A DNA stretch of 64,000 nucleotides from an uncultured Actinomycetes bacterium (GTDB lineage: Bacteria > Actinomycetota > UBA4738 > HRBIN12). The DNA is taken from assembly GCA_963704885.1 (NCBI GenBank), contig CAVPIB010000007.1, positions 128,001-192,000 of the forward strand, in the 5' to 3' direction. A model generated the notes under the pieces. The model was not told the origin of the DNA and ran no database searches. It saw only the letters and a list, made by a program, of their open reading frames with translations. This document shows, piece by piece, positions 1 through 9,173 of this stretch. How positions within the stretch are numbered: the stretch's first letter is position 1; each line of letters opens with the position of its first letter. Position numbers and translations under genes: made by a program.

Positions 1-565
1 TCGGTGTGAAGATCCCTCCGTGCAACCGCGGAGTGTCGATCAGCTCGCGAACCCCCTGGCGGTCCATCACTCGGAATAGGTCGGGGAGGCCCAGTCGGTC
101 GGCGATCATCACGTTGTCCGCCCAGTAGCCGATCTGAGCCTCAGAGCTAGCGGCTCCCAGCTCCCCGTCGCGGCGGAACCAGGCGTCGATGGAGTTCGCT
201 GCGCAGAACTCGCCGATCGAGTTCACGCTCTCCTCGCCCGCCCTGCAAAGAGCGAGGGTCGACGCTTCGCCGAACCGGCTGCACAGCCCTGCGAGAGCGC
301 TCCACCAGCTGTTGACGAAGCCACCGTTGCGTCCGCTGGGGCCGCCGCCGCAGATGTCTTGTTCCAGCAGAACGATGTCGAGGTCGGGCTCCGCTTCCTT
401 CAGGAAGAAGGCCGTCCACATCCCTGTGTAGCCGCCGCCCAGGATGACGACGTCGGCGGTCGTGTCACCGGTGAGCGGAGGGGCAGGCTCACCGGGGTCG
501 GCCGCAAGCGCGTCATGGAGCCACCAGCTGCGTCCCGCATCGGGTGGAAGCTCGGTCGTCTTCAA
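1..565 (-). CDS. FAD-dependent oxidoreductase (DAO/PuuB-like), 5' part; runs off the window start
   Basis: Not in the ORF track. Manual translation from TTG at 565 (RBS AGGAGGG): LKTTELPPDAGRSWWL...TADVVILGGGYTGMWTA...LLEQDICGGGPSGRNGGF; GxGxxG and SGRNGG motifs; frame open to position 1. Confidence 0.85.
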   Translation of the reverse strand, partial: MKTTELPPDAGRSWWLHDALAADPGEPAPPLTGDTTADVVILGGGYTGMWTAFFLKEAEPDLDIVLLEQDICGGGPSGRNGGFVNSWWSALAGLCSRFGEASTLALCRAGEESVNSIGEFCAANSIDAWFRRDGELGAASSEAQIGYWADNVMIADRLGLPDLFRVMDRQGVRELIDTPRLHGGIFTP

Positions 566-666
566 GGTTCCCCTCCTGGGCTGCGCTGAGGATAGCAACG
601 CCTGATCGGCCAACCGCCCCGGTTGGTACGGTGTGAGCCCCCCAAACACTCAGGAGGCCGTGGCAT

Positions 667-2343
667 ATGGCAGACGATCGTCCCCGGAGCTGGGAAGTCA
701 CGGAGGGGCCACAACGCGCACCGGCACGCGCGATGCTCCGCGCCGTCGGGTTCTCCGAGGAAGACTTCGGCAAGCCGCAGATCGGGGTCGCGTCGTCCTG
801 GAACGAGGTCACGCCCTGCAACTACCACTTGGACAAGTTGGCGGCGCTAGCCAAAGAAGGCGTGCGTCAGGGTGGCGCGGTCCCCGTCGAGTTCACGACG
901 ATCGCCGTCTCCGACGGCATCGCGATGGGTCACGAAGGGATGAAGGCATCGCTCATCAGCCGCGAGGTGATCGCTGATTCGGTGGAGCTCATGATGCACG
1001 CGGAGCGATTCGACGGGCTCGTGGGGATCGCCGGATGCGACAAGTCCGAGCCGGCCATGTTGATGGCGATGGCCCGGTTGAACCTGGCCTCGGTGTACCT
1101 GTACGGAGGCACGATCCTCCCCGGCACGTATCGAGGTCGCGACATCACGATCCAGGACGTGTTCGAGGCGGTCGGCGCGCACAACAGCGGAACGGTGAGC
1201 GACGACGAGCTTCTGCAGATCGAGCGAGCGGCCTGCCCCACCACCGGTTCGTGCGCCGGCATGTATACGGCGAACACCATGGCGGCGGCGGCCGAGGCGC
1301 TCGGCATGTCTCTCCCCGGCGCGGCCTCACCTCCCGCCGTGGACTACCGCCGCGAGGTCCTGGCCCGTGAGTCGGGCATACGTGCCGCAGGGCTCCTCTC
1401 CCAGGACGGTCCGCGCCCTCGTGACATCCTGACCAAGGCAGCATTCGAGAATGCGATCGCGGTCGTGATGGCGCTCGCTGGATCTACCAACGCGGTGCTG
1501 CATCTGTTGGCGATCGCCCATGAGGTGGACGTTCCGCTGGAGCTCGACGATTTCGACCGGATCTCGCGGGCGGTTCCCCATCTCGTCGACGTGCGGCCCG
1601 CGGGGAAGTTCGTCATGTCGGACCTCGATCGCGTCGGGGGTGTTCCGGTGGTGATGAATGAGCTGCTCGACGCCGGTCTGCTCGACGGCGATGCGATCAC
1701 GGTCACCGGCAAGACCATCGCCCAGAACCTGAAGTCGATCGCCCCCCCCGCGCCCGACGGCACCGTCGTCCACGCGATCGCGGAGCCGATCCACCCCACG
1801 GGCGGCACGGCCATCCTCCGAGGTTCGATCGCCCCCGACGGCTCGGTCATGAAGATCGCGGGGGCCGAGGGCGCCGTGTTCCGCGGAACGGCGCGCCCGT
1901 TCGATTCGGAGCAGGACGCTTTCGCAGCGCTCACGGCTGGTCGCATAGGTCCCGGCGACGTGATCGTGATCCGCTACGAGGGACCCAAGGGTTCACCCGG
2001 CATGCCCGAGATGCTCGCCGTCACCGCGGCGGTGGCCGGCGCCGGGCTGGGCAAGGATGTCGCTCTCATCACGGACGGCCGGTTCAGCGGCGCCACCAAG
2101 GGGTTCTCGGTGGGCCATATCGCGCCGGAGGCGTTCGTAGGCGGCCCGATCGCGCTGGTGAACGACGGCGATCAGATAGTGATCGATGCCGATGCGCGCC
2201 GGATCGATGTGATGGTCGATCAGCCCACGCTGGCCGAGCGCCGAGCGGCGTGGACGGCGCCCCCACCTCGCTACACCACCGGTGCCCTTGCGAAGTACGC
2301 GAAGCTGGTCGGATCGGCCGAGCACGGGGCGGTGACGGGATGA
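667..2343 (+). CDS. ilvD: dihydroxy-acid dehydratase
   Basis: [51 protein letters not shown] motifs; RBS AGGAGG. Confidence 0.97.
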   Translation: MADDRPRSWEVTEGPQRAPARAMLRAVGFSEEDFGKPQIGVASSWNEVTPCNYHLDKLAALAKEGVRQGGAVPVEFTTIAVSDGIAMGHEGMKASLISREVIADSVELMMHAERFDGLVGIAGCDKSEPAMLMAMARLNLASVYLYGGTILPGTYRGRDITIQDVFEAVGAHNSGTVSDDELLQIERAACPTTGSCAGMYTANTMAAAAEALGMSLPGAASPPAVDYRREVLARESGIRAAGLLSQDGPRPRDILTKAAFENAIAVVMALAGSTNAVLHLLAIAHEVDVPLELDDFDRISRAVPHLVDVRPAGKFVMSDLDRVGGVPVVMNELLDAGLLDGDAITVTGKTIAQNLKSIAPPAPDGTVVHAIAEPIHPTGGTAILRGSIAPDGSVMKIAGAEGAVFRGTARPFDSEQDAFAALTAGRIGPGDVIVIRYEGPKGSPGMPEMLAVTAAVAGAGLGKDVALITDGRFSGATKGFSVGHIAPEAFVGGPIALVNDGDQIVIDADARRIDVMVDQPTLAERRAAWTAPPPRYTTGALAKYAKLVGSAEHGAVTG

Positions 2344-2350
2344 CGACGGG

Positions 2351-3598
2351 ATGACCTCCAAGATCACCTCCCCCCAGGCGTTGCAGTGCCGTGAGTGCGG
2401 CCAGCAGTACGCCGTCGAAGCCCTGACGATCTGCGAGGAATGCTTCGGGCCACTCGAGCCCGCCTACGACCTGCAATCGATCGACGGCGAGGTCTTCCGC
2501 AAACAGGCTGAGTCCGGTCCGCGAACGCTCTGGCGCTACGAGTCGCTGCTGCCGGGCGGGCCGACCATCGAGCGCGTCGACTTGGGTGCCGGGTTCACAC
2601 CGTTGCGCCGGGCCGACAACCTGGCTGCGCGCATGGGCCTGGAGACGCTCTGGATCAAGGACGACTCCGTCAACCCGTCGAACTCGTTCAAGGACCGCGT
2701 GGTGTCGATCGCCGTGACGATGGCACGCGAGTTCGGCTTCGAGGCGGTCTCGTGCGCGTCCACCGGCAATCTGGCGAACGCCACCGCGGCCCATGCCGCG
2801 AAGGCGGGCATGGACTGCTACGTCTTCGTCCCCGATGACCTGGAGCGCGCGAAGATCCTTTCGACCGAGGCGTACGGCGCGAAGGTCGTGGCCGTCAAGG
2901 GCAACTACGACGAGGTGAACCGACTCTGCAGCGAGGTCGCGGACGCCCTCCCGTGGGCGTTCGTGAACGTGAACATGCGTCCGTACTACGCCGAGGGATC
3001 GAAGAGCCTTGGGTTCGAGACTGCTGAGCAGCTCGGCTGGCGGCTGCCGGATCACGTGGTGGTTCCGATCGCGAGCGGCGCGCTGCTGACCAAGATCCAC
3101 AGGGCGTTCAGCGAGCTGATCGCCGTGGGTGCCGTGGACGAGAAGCCCTACCGGGTGAGCGGTGCTCAGGCCGAGGGGTGCTCACCGGTCGCTCGCGCGT
3201 TCATCGACGGAGCCGACGACGTGCGGCCCATGAAGCCCGATACGATCGCCCGGTCGCTCGCGATCGGCGCTCCCGCCGACGGTTTCTACGCTCTGCAAGT
3301 GAGCCGCAAGACCGGCGGCTCGATCGGCCTGTGTCCCGAGGAGGAGATCGTCGACGGCATCCGGCTGTTGGCCGAAACCGAGGGTGTGTTCACCGAGACC
3401 GCAGGCGGCGTGACCATCGCGGTTCTGAAACGCATGGTCGACGAGGGTGTGATCCGCCCGGAGGAAGAGGTCGTCGCCTACATCACCGGCAACGGCTACA
3501 AGACGATCGACGCGCTGGAGGGGCGGATCGAGCCTAGCTTCCACGTCTCGCCCGACCTGGACGAGTTCCTCGACGCCCTGGAGCATCGGTCGGCCTGA
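2351..3598 (+). CDS. thrC: threonine synthase (fold-type II PLP enzyme) with N-terminal Zn ribbon
   Basis: CRECG..CEECFG; NPSNSFKDR PLP lysine; CASTGN; EGSKS. Confidence 0.88.
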   Translation: MTSKITSPQALQCRECGQQYAVEALTICEECFGPLEPAYDLQSIDGEVFRKQAESGPRTLWRYESLLPGGPTIERVDLGAGFTPLRRADNLAARMGLETLWIKDDSVNPSNSFKDRVVSIAVTMAREFGFEAVSCASTGNLANATAAHAAKAGMDCYVFVPDDLERAKILSTEAYGAKVVAVKGNYDEVNRLCSEVADALPWAFVNVNMRPYYAEGSKSLGFETAEQLGWRLPDHVVVPIASGALLTKIHRAFSELIAVGAVDEKPYRVSGAQAEGCSPVARAFIDGADDVRPMKPDTIARSLAIGAPADGFYALQVSRKTGGSIGLCPEEEIVDGIRLLAETEGVFTETAGGVTIAVLKRMVDEGVIRPEEEVVAYITGNGYKTIDALEGRIEPSFHVSPDLDEFLDALEHRSA

Positions 3599-3708
3599 CG
3601 GGTATCACGGAACCGTCGCGTAGATCCGGCAGTGCGCTGCCTCGACGCCGGACAGGGACACGAACGGGGCGAAGAGTGTGAACCGATCCGCGCCTATCGC
3701 TCCCATCC

Positions 3709-3867
3709 GGCCACCTGTCGGTGGACCTTGCCGGCGAGCATGCGGAGCTGGGACCCGGGATGGCCTTCCACGCATTGCCGAACCAGAAGCACAAGGTGCA
3801 GGCGGTGGAGGACACGCAGGTCATCAGCTGCAAGCACGTCATCGAGGGGGTCGGGCACAAGATCTGA
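3709..3867 (+). pseudogene. C-terminal half of a cupin-domain gene, no start
   Basis: GHLSVDLAGEHAELGPGMAFHALPNQKHKVQAVEDTQVISCKHVIEGVGHKI* fits cupin motif 2; in-frame TGA just upstream. Confidence 0.5.
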
Positions 3868-4030
3868 CGGCGGATCCGCCAGGATCGTGGTCGGGTCCTC
3901 CCGCTCCTACGGGCCCCGTCGCCGGACGTCGTCAGGGGGCGGGCTGGCGGCTTCGCGCAGGAGGTAACGACCCGCCCTGGCCGATCACGGCCCGGACGAG
4001 CCATCCACGCACCTTCGTGATCTCCAGCGC

Positions 4031-4180
4031 CTACGTGGTGTTGAAGATGAAGTCGTACTCCGTCCCGCTTGTCATGCCAGGTGAGCTGATCGCCCGTGGG
4101 CTCCGCGCCTGCGCCACCATCCCGATGACGAGCACGACCACGGCAGCCGGTACGGTTGACCGCGAGCCGTCTCCAGACCC
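4031..4180 (-). pseudogene. internally deleted paralogue of the adjacent AOC-like gene
   Basis: AAVVVLVIGMVAQA...GTEYDFIFNTT* matches both ends of 4254..4718 (AIVAVLVAGYVAQA...GSGYEFIFRVLA*). Confidence 0.55.
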
Positions 4181-4253
4181 TCCCTCGAACGATGCATGGA
4201 GCGGAGCTTGCCACGAAGGGTTGATCGCGCGCCGACGGATCGATCTGAGGCGG

Positions 4254-4718
4254 CTACGCGAGCACCCGGAAGATGAATTCGTACCCGGAGCCGTCCGGGA
4301 GGGCCTTGATCTGCATGCTGCCCCCCGCTCCCTTGTACTTGCCCCGACCACCTGTGATCACCATGACGCTGTCGTGGCTGTCGAAGAACGGTCCCTCGAT
4401 AGTGATGGCGCCGCCCTTGAGGAAGTTGATCCAGCGGCACTCCCAGGAACCGTCGGTCGGGTTGATGCGGATGCAGTCTCCCTGGTCGCGTCCCACCTTT
4501 TCGACGTTCGCCTCGTCGTAGAGCTCGTTGGCGAACGTGAGCAGATCGCCGGTGGAGTCGCCCGTAGCACCCAGATCGATCACGATGTCGGTGGTGGCGC
4601 GCTCGATCACGTGGATAACCGTGGCCTTACGGCGGTGGCCGGTTCCGGCCTGCGCGACATAGCCGGCCACGAGCACGGCGACGATGGCGACGGCCGCGAT
4701 CATGGAGTTCTTCCGCAT
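4254..4718 (-). CDS. secreted allene oxide cyclase / dirigent-like beta-barrel protein
   Basis: Signal peptide (MRKNS..VAQA); GDLLTFANELYD..VGRDQGDC, GAITIEGPF, ITGGRGKYKGAGG match the AOC/dirigent pattern; RBS AAGGAG. Confidence 0.75.
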   Translation of the reverse strand: MRKNSMIAAVAIVAVLVAGYVAQAGTGHRRKATVIHVIERATTDIVIDLGATGDSTGDLLTFANELYDEANVEKVGRDQGDCIRINPTDGSWECRWINFLKGGAITIEGPFFDSHDSVMVITGGRGKYKGAGGSMQIKALPDGSGYEFIFRVLA

Positions 4719-4786
4719 GGCGTGTCTCCTTCCGGATGGGTGGCCCAGCTTGACAGCCGGACCCGGTTCCCGTCTAGCGCCTCATC

Positions 4787-4828
4787 TTGCATTCCTGATC
4801 GGAACAGAACAAACTCGCTCCCGTTCGG
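4787..4828 (+). promoter_or_regulatory. putative promoter TTGCAT-N17-CAAACT with GGAACAGAAC operator-like motif
   Basis: Directly upstream of deoR; similar motif at 18215-18242. Confidence 0.4.
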
Positions 4829-4843
4829 TCACGGGCGTCAGCC

Positions 4844-5677
4844 GTGTCGGAAGGGGGCAGGAAGCCGTTGGAGCAGCCGTTGCCGGCGGAACGGCATCGC
4901 AGGATCCTCGAGGTCGTGCGTGAGCGCCATGCCGTAAGGGTGTCCACGCTGTCCGAGCTCCTGGGCGTCTCGGAGGTGACCGTCCGCCGAGACCTCGAAG
5001 ATCTCGAGCATCGAGGACTGTTGGAGCGGACCCACGGAGGAGCTATCTCCACCCAGCGGCTCGGGGCAGAGCCGGCCTACCTCGAGGCCTCCCACAGGTG
5101 CGCTCCGGAGAAGATCTCGATCGGTCGAACCGCGGCGGAGTTCGTTCACGCCGGGGACACGGTCTTCCTGAACGGCGGAACGACCACGCTGCAGGTATTC
5201 CGGCATCTTGAAGGGGTCGATGTCCGCGTCGTCACGAATCATGTCGGGATCGCCTCCGAGGCGGCCGATCGCGATATCGATCTGATCGTCATCGGTGGGG
5301 AGTATCGAGCTCCGTCCAACTCCTGCGTGGGGAGCTTCGCCACCCAGATGTTGAGGGGCGTCTTCGCCTCTCGCTCGCTCATCGGCGTCGAAGGGCTCAG
5401 CATCCGCTCCGGGCTGACCACGCCCGCGGCACCCGAAGCCGAGGTCGCCCGCGTGATGATCGAACAGACGCAGGGCCCGGTGATCGTGGTCGCCGATTCA
5501 AGCAAGATCGGGACGATCGCAGACTTCTCGATCGCCCCGCTCGATGTCATAACCATGCTAGTGACCGATGCAGGTTTGGACGACGCGTACCGCGACGAGC
5601 TCGACGCCGTCGGTGTCGAAGTCGTGATCGCCGGCCGTGCGCCGATCCGAGCAGGAGCGGGCCGTGGAGAAGGCTGA
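4844..5677 (+). CDS. DeoR/GlpR family transcriptional regulator
   Basis: GVSEVTVRRDL..LERTHGGA HTH; FLNGGTT; VTN; ADSSKIG. Confidence 0.95.
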   Translation: MSEGGRKPLEQPLPAERHRRILEVVRERHAVRVSTLSELLGVSEVTVRRDLEDLEHRGLLERTHGGAISTQRLGAEPAYLEASHRCAPEKISIGRTAAEFVHAGDTVFLNGGTTTLQVFRHLEGVDVRVVTNHVGIASEAADRDIDLIVIGGEYRAPSNSCVGSFATQMLRGVFASRSLIGVEGLSIRSGLTTPAAPEAEVARVMIEQTQGPVIVVADSSKIGTIADFSIAPLDVITMLVTDAGLDDAYRDELDAVGVEVVIAGRAPIRAGAGRGEG

Positions 5678-6428
5678 GTTCGAAGCCGAGGCCGTCCGGC
5701 TCGTGGACGCCGCGAATGCGCAAGGGATCACGCTGCGGCTCCTCGGCGCGCTCGCGTTCGCGACACGGTGTCCCGATCACGCCTATCTGCAGGATCAACT
5801 CGGGCGGGTCTACACCGATATCGACTTCGGCGGATACGGGAAGCAGGTGCGCCAGATCCAGGAACTGCTCGCGAGTCTCGGCTACGTCGAGGACACCGGG
5901 GTCTACGTCGAGTCTCAGGGCACGCGCCTGATCCTGGAGCACCCCGAGACGAAGCTTCACCTGGACGTGTTCCTGGATCGGCTCGACTTCTGTCACACCG
6001 TCTCGTGGAACGGCAGGCTGGAGATCAACGACCGGACCATCCCGCTCGCCGAGATGCTGTTGCAGAAGATGCAGATCGTAGAGATCAACGAGAAGGACCT
6101 GATCGACACGATCATGCTCTTGCTCGAATACCCGCTCGGGGAGGACGACGACGGCCGGGTCAACATGGCGCTCGTGGCCGACATCTGCGCCAAGGATTGG
6201 GGATGGTGGCGCACGCTCACGATGAACCTGGACAAGGTGCGGCAGATGGCAGCGAGCTATCCCCAGCTCACCGACGAGCAGAAGGACCGCGTGGCCGATC
6301 AGGTGACCGCGGCGCTCGACCGGATCGAGGCCACGCCCAAGAGCTTGGGATGGAAGCTGAGGAGCCGCGTGGGCGACCGCAAGAAGTGGTACCAGGACGT
6401 CGGTGAGCTGGCGCCGGAGGTGGGCTGA
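5664..6428 (+). CDS. nucleotidyltransferase-fold (Pol-beta superfamily-like) protein of unknown function
   Basis: GTG start after AGGAG; LRLLGALAF...YTDIDF...LHLDVF three-aspartate arrangement; C-terminal EKDLID. Confidence 0.65.
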   Translation: MEKAEFEAEAVRLVDAANAQGITLRLLGALAFATRCPDHAYLQDQLGRVYTDIDFGGYGKQVRQIQELLASLGYVEDTGVYVESQGTRLILEHPETKLHLDVFLDRLDFCHTVSWNGRLEINDRTIPLAEMLLQKMQIVEINEKDLIDTIMLLLEYPLGEDDDGRVNMALVADICAKDWGWWRTLTMNLDKVRQMAASYPQLTDEQKDRVADQVTAALDRIEATPKSLGWKLRSRVGDRKKWYQDVGELAPEVG

Positions 6429-7429
6429 TGCCGGTCTTCAAGAGGCGCGGGACGTCTAAGGGCACTCCGACCCGCCTGTTCTACGCGTGCGACATCCACG
6501 GCTCCGAGCCCACGTACCGGAAGTTCCTGAACGCAGCGAAGTTCTACGAGGTCGACGCGCTGATCTTCGGCGGAGACCTGATGGGCAAGCTGCTGGTCCC
6601 GATCGTGCGCGACAGCGGCGGGACCTACCGTGCCAGGCTCCAGGGGCAGAACCATCACATCACGTCGGACGAGGAGATGGCGCAGCTCAAGAAGGTGCTC
6701 CAGACGCTCGGGTTCTATTGGCAGGAGATGGATCCCGAGGAGTACGAGAGTTACGCAGGGAACCAGGATCGCATCGATCAGCTGTTCGACGTCCTGGCCA
6801 AGGAGCGACTGGCGGAGTGGGTCGTGCTCGCCGAGGAGCGGCTGAAGGATTCGCACGTGCGCGTGTTGCTATGCGGCGGGAACGACGACACGGACGAGGT
6901 CCTGACGGCCTTGGATGAGACGGCACAGGATCGCGTGATGAACGCGGAGAACCGCGTGGTGCCCGTCGACGACGAACACGTCGTCGTCACGATCGGCTAC
7001 TCCACACCGACGCCGTGGGATACACCGCGCGAGCGGAGCGAGGACGAGATCGCCGAGGTGATCAAGACGATCATGGCCGAGGTGCCGGATCCGTCGCGGG
7101 CGGTCTTCAACTTCCACTGCCCACCGCTCGACTCGGGGCTGGATACCTGTTTGAAGTTGGACGCGTCCGTGTGGCCTCCGACGCCCGCGCTGCAGAACGG
7201 CCAGGCGATCTACTACGGAGCCGGGTCCCAGGCCGTGACCGACGCGCTCACCGAGTACCAACCGACCGTCGGCATGCACGGCCACATCCACGAATCCCGC
7301 GGGGTCACGAACTACGGGCGGACCCTTGCGCTCAATCCGGGGAGCGAGTACGGAGAGGGGGTGTTGAGGGGACTCATCGTCACCATCCGAGGAGGAGACG
7401 TCGTCGGGCATCAATTCACGTCCGGGTAG
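6428..7429 (+). CDS. calcineurin-like metallophosphoesterase
   Basis: CDIHGS, GGDL, GGNDD, FHCPP, HGHIHE, NPGS motifs; TGATG coupling to the previous gene. Confidence 0.9.
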   Translation: MPVFKRRGTSKGTPTRLFYACDIHGSEPTYRKFLNAAKFYEVDALIFGGDLMGKLLVPIVRDSGGTYRARLQGQNHHITSDEEMAQLKKVLQTLGFYWQEMDPEEYESYAGNQDRIDQLFDVLAKERLAEWVVLAEERLKDSHVRVLLCGGNDDTDEVLTALDETAQDRVMNAENRVVPVDDEHVVVTIGYSTPTPWDTPRERSEDEIAEVIKTIMAEVPDPSRAVFNFHCPPLDSGLDTCLKLDASVWPPTPALQNGQAIYYGAGSQAVTDALTEYQPTVGMHGHIHESRGVTNYGRTLALNPGSEYGEGVLRGLIVTIRGGDVVGHQFTSG

Positions 7430-7470
7430 GCCCGGCCCGGAGCAGCGCGCGAGACACGAAGGGAGGGGGA

Positions 7471-9105
7471 ATGGCAGAGGCAGTCGCTCCACAGGTCTTC
7501 ACCAGGCGCGCATCCGGACTCGTCCGGGTGATGTCGCCGTACTCCGCGTTCATCTACAACATCCTGACGATGGGGGTGATCTTCCCCTGGACCTACCTGT
7601 GGGCGCCCACCGCGTTCCAAGGGTCGAACCTCGTCCTCGGGATCGGGTTCGCCTTCCTGTTCGAGTTGCCGATCGCGCTGGCCTATGTGTGGCTCGCGAC
7701 CGCGCTTCCTCGGTCGGGGGGTGACTACGTGTTCCAGAGCCGCGTATTCGGCGGCGGCTTCGGGTTCACCGTGGTGTTCGCTTTCTTCGTCGTGTGGATC
7801 CTGCAATGGGTCGCGCTCTCGGGCTGGTTGCTCGCGACGCTCGGCCTGGCGCCGACGTTCATCGGCCTCGGGGTCACGACCGGCATCGATGCGTTCACCG
7901 ACTTCGGGACCTGGGCCGCGTCGACCAACGGCATCATCATCATCAGCGTCGTGAACGCGCTGGTTGCGATGGTCTTGCTGGTCACGGGGTTCAAGAACTA
8001 CGTCCGGTTCCAGTTCGTGATGTGGTACGCGATCCTGATCTCGTTCGGGATCGTCTTGCTGCTGTTCCTGTTCACGGATCCGGGGGCGGCCCAAGGGAAG
8101 CTGGACGGGTTCGCCGCGAGCGTCGACGGCGTGTCGGGATTCTTCGCCTCGGCGAAAGCGGCCGCCGCGGAAGCCGGGGTGAACTTCAGCCCACCGTTCT
8201 GGCTGTTCGGCACCTTGATGGTGGCGCCGATCGCGTGGACGAGCCTTCAGTGGGCCACGTACTCGGTGGAACAGGGTGGGGAGATCAAGAACGCCCACGT
8301 GTTCCGGAACCAGCTGTTCATCATCGTGGGCTCGCTGGCCACGGTGGCCGGGCTGCTCATCATCCTGGCGCTCGCCATGCGGAGTGGGTTCGGGCAGGAC
8401 GGGATCCTGGTTGCCTCATCCGGCTACTGGTACGGCGTCGGGGGTGCGACGATCGGCGGGAACTACCTCTTCCCGAACTTCATCGCCATGGGCCTGACCG
8501 GGAGCTGGGTGATCGTCTTATTGATCGGGTTCGGGTTCATCTTGAACTCGTTCCAGATCGTCTGTAACTGCTACATCGGGACGACGCGGATCATGGTGGC
8601 GCAGGGCTTGGACGGCCTGCTGCCAGACTGGTTCGCGCGCGTGCACCCGAAGTGGAAGACCCCGATGAACGCGCACATCGCGTACTTCCTCGCGGCACTG
8701 CCGGTGATCTATGGGTTCAACAAGATCGGCAGCTGGACGCGATGGACCCTGGGTGTGACGTTCGCGAACGGGGCGGTGATGGTGCTGTCCGCGTTGGCGG
8801 CGGCCCTCTTGCCGTATCGGGCGAAGCAGTTGTATGAGGCGTCGCCCGGCGCCCGGTACAAGATCGGGAACGTCCCGATGGTCACGGTGTTCGGGATCTT
8901 GGGGTTCCTGCTGGGCGGCTTCATGGTGGTGTCCTTCCTGTTCGTGAAGGACCTGGGACTCGCGTTCTCGAACGATGCGCTGCCGTACTGGATCGTGCTC
9001 GGTACGGCCGCGTTCGGCCTGATCGTGTATCTGGTCATGAAGTCGGTCCAGTCACGCAAGGGCATCAAGGTCGAGTACGCCTTCCAGGAGATCCCGCCCG
9101 AATAG
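7471..9105 (+). CDS. APC family amino acid/amine permease
   Basis: ATG 7471 after GGGAGG; F.R.ASGLVR start, PRSGGDYVF.SR, R...A.GLDGLLP motifs; about 12 hydrophobic segments. Confidence 0.9.
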   Translation: MAEAVAPQVFTRRASGLVRVMSPYSAFIYNILTMGVIFPWTYLWAPTAFQGSNLVLGIGFAFLFELPIALAYVWLATALPRSGGDYVFQSRVFGGGFGFTVVFAFFVVWILQWVALSGWLLATLGLAPTFIGLGVTTGIDAFTDFGTWAASTNGIIIISVVNALVAMVLLVTGFKNYVRFQFVMWYAILISFGIVLLLFLFTDPGAAQGKLDGFAASVDGVSGFFASAKAAAAEAGVNFSPPFWLFGTLMVAPIAWTSLQWATYSVEQGGEIKNAHVFRNQLFIIVGSLATVAGLLIILALAMRSGFGQDGILVASSGYWYGVGGATIGGNYLFPNFIAMGLTGSWVIVLLIGFGFILNSFQIVCNCYIGTTRIMVAQGLDGLLPDWFARVHPKWKTPMNAHIAYFLAALPVIYGFNKIGSWTRWTLGVTFANGAVMVLSALAAALLPYRAKQLYEASPGARYKIGNVPMVTVFGILGFLLGGFMVVSFLFVKDLGLAFSNDALPYWIVLGTAAFGLIVYLVMKSVQSRKGIKVEYAFQEIPPE

Positions 9106-9123
9106 GACGGGAGGCGCAACGCA

Positions 9124-9155
9124 CGATGGGGCGGGGCTTGGGCCCCGCCCCATCG
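9124..9155 (+). terminator. 14-bp perfect GC-rich hairpin between permease and oxidoreductase
   Basis: CGATGGGGCGGGGC-TTGG-GCCCCGCCCCATCG; no U-tract. Confidence 0.55.
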
Positions 9156-9173
9156 CTCATCCGAAAGGTAGAT

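Noticed and set aside
3678-4937. 419-aa plus-strand ORF
   Set aside because: Antisense to the AOC-like gene, low complexity, no motifs; GC-rich shadow ORF
7015-7470. N-terminal extension of the permease ORF (696 aa)
   Set aside because: Overlaps the phosphoesterase in another frame; real start at 7471 has an SD
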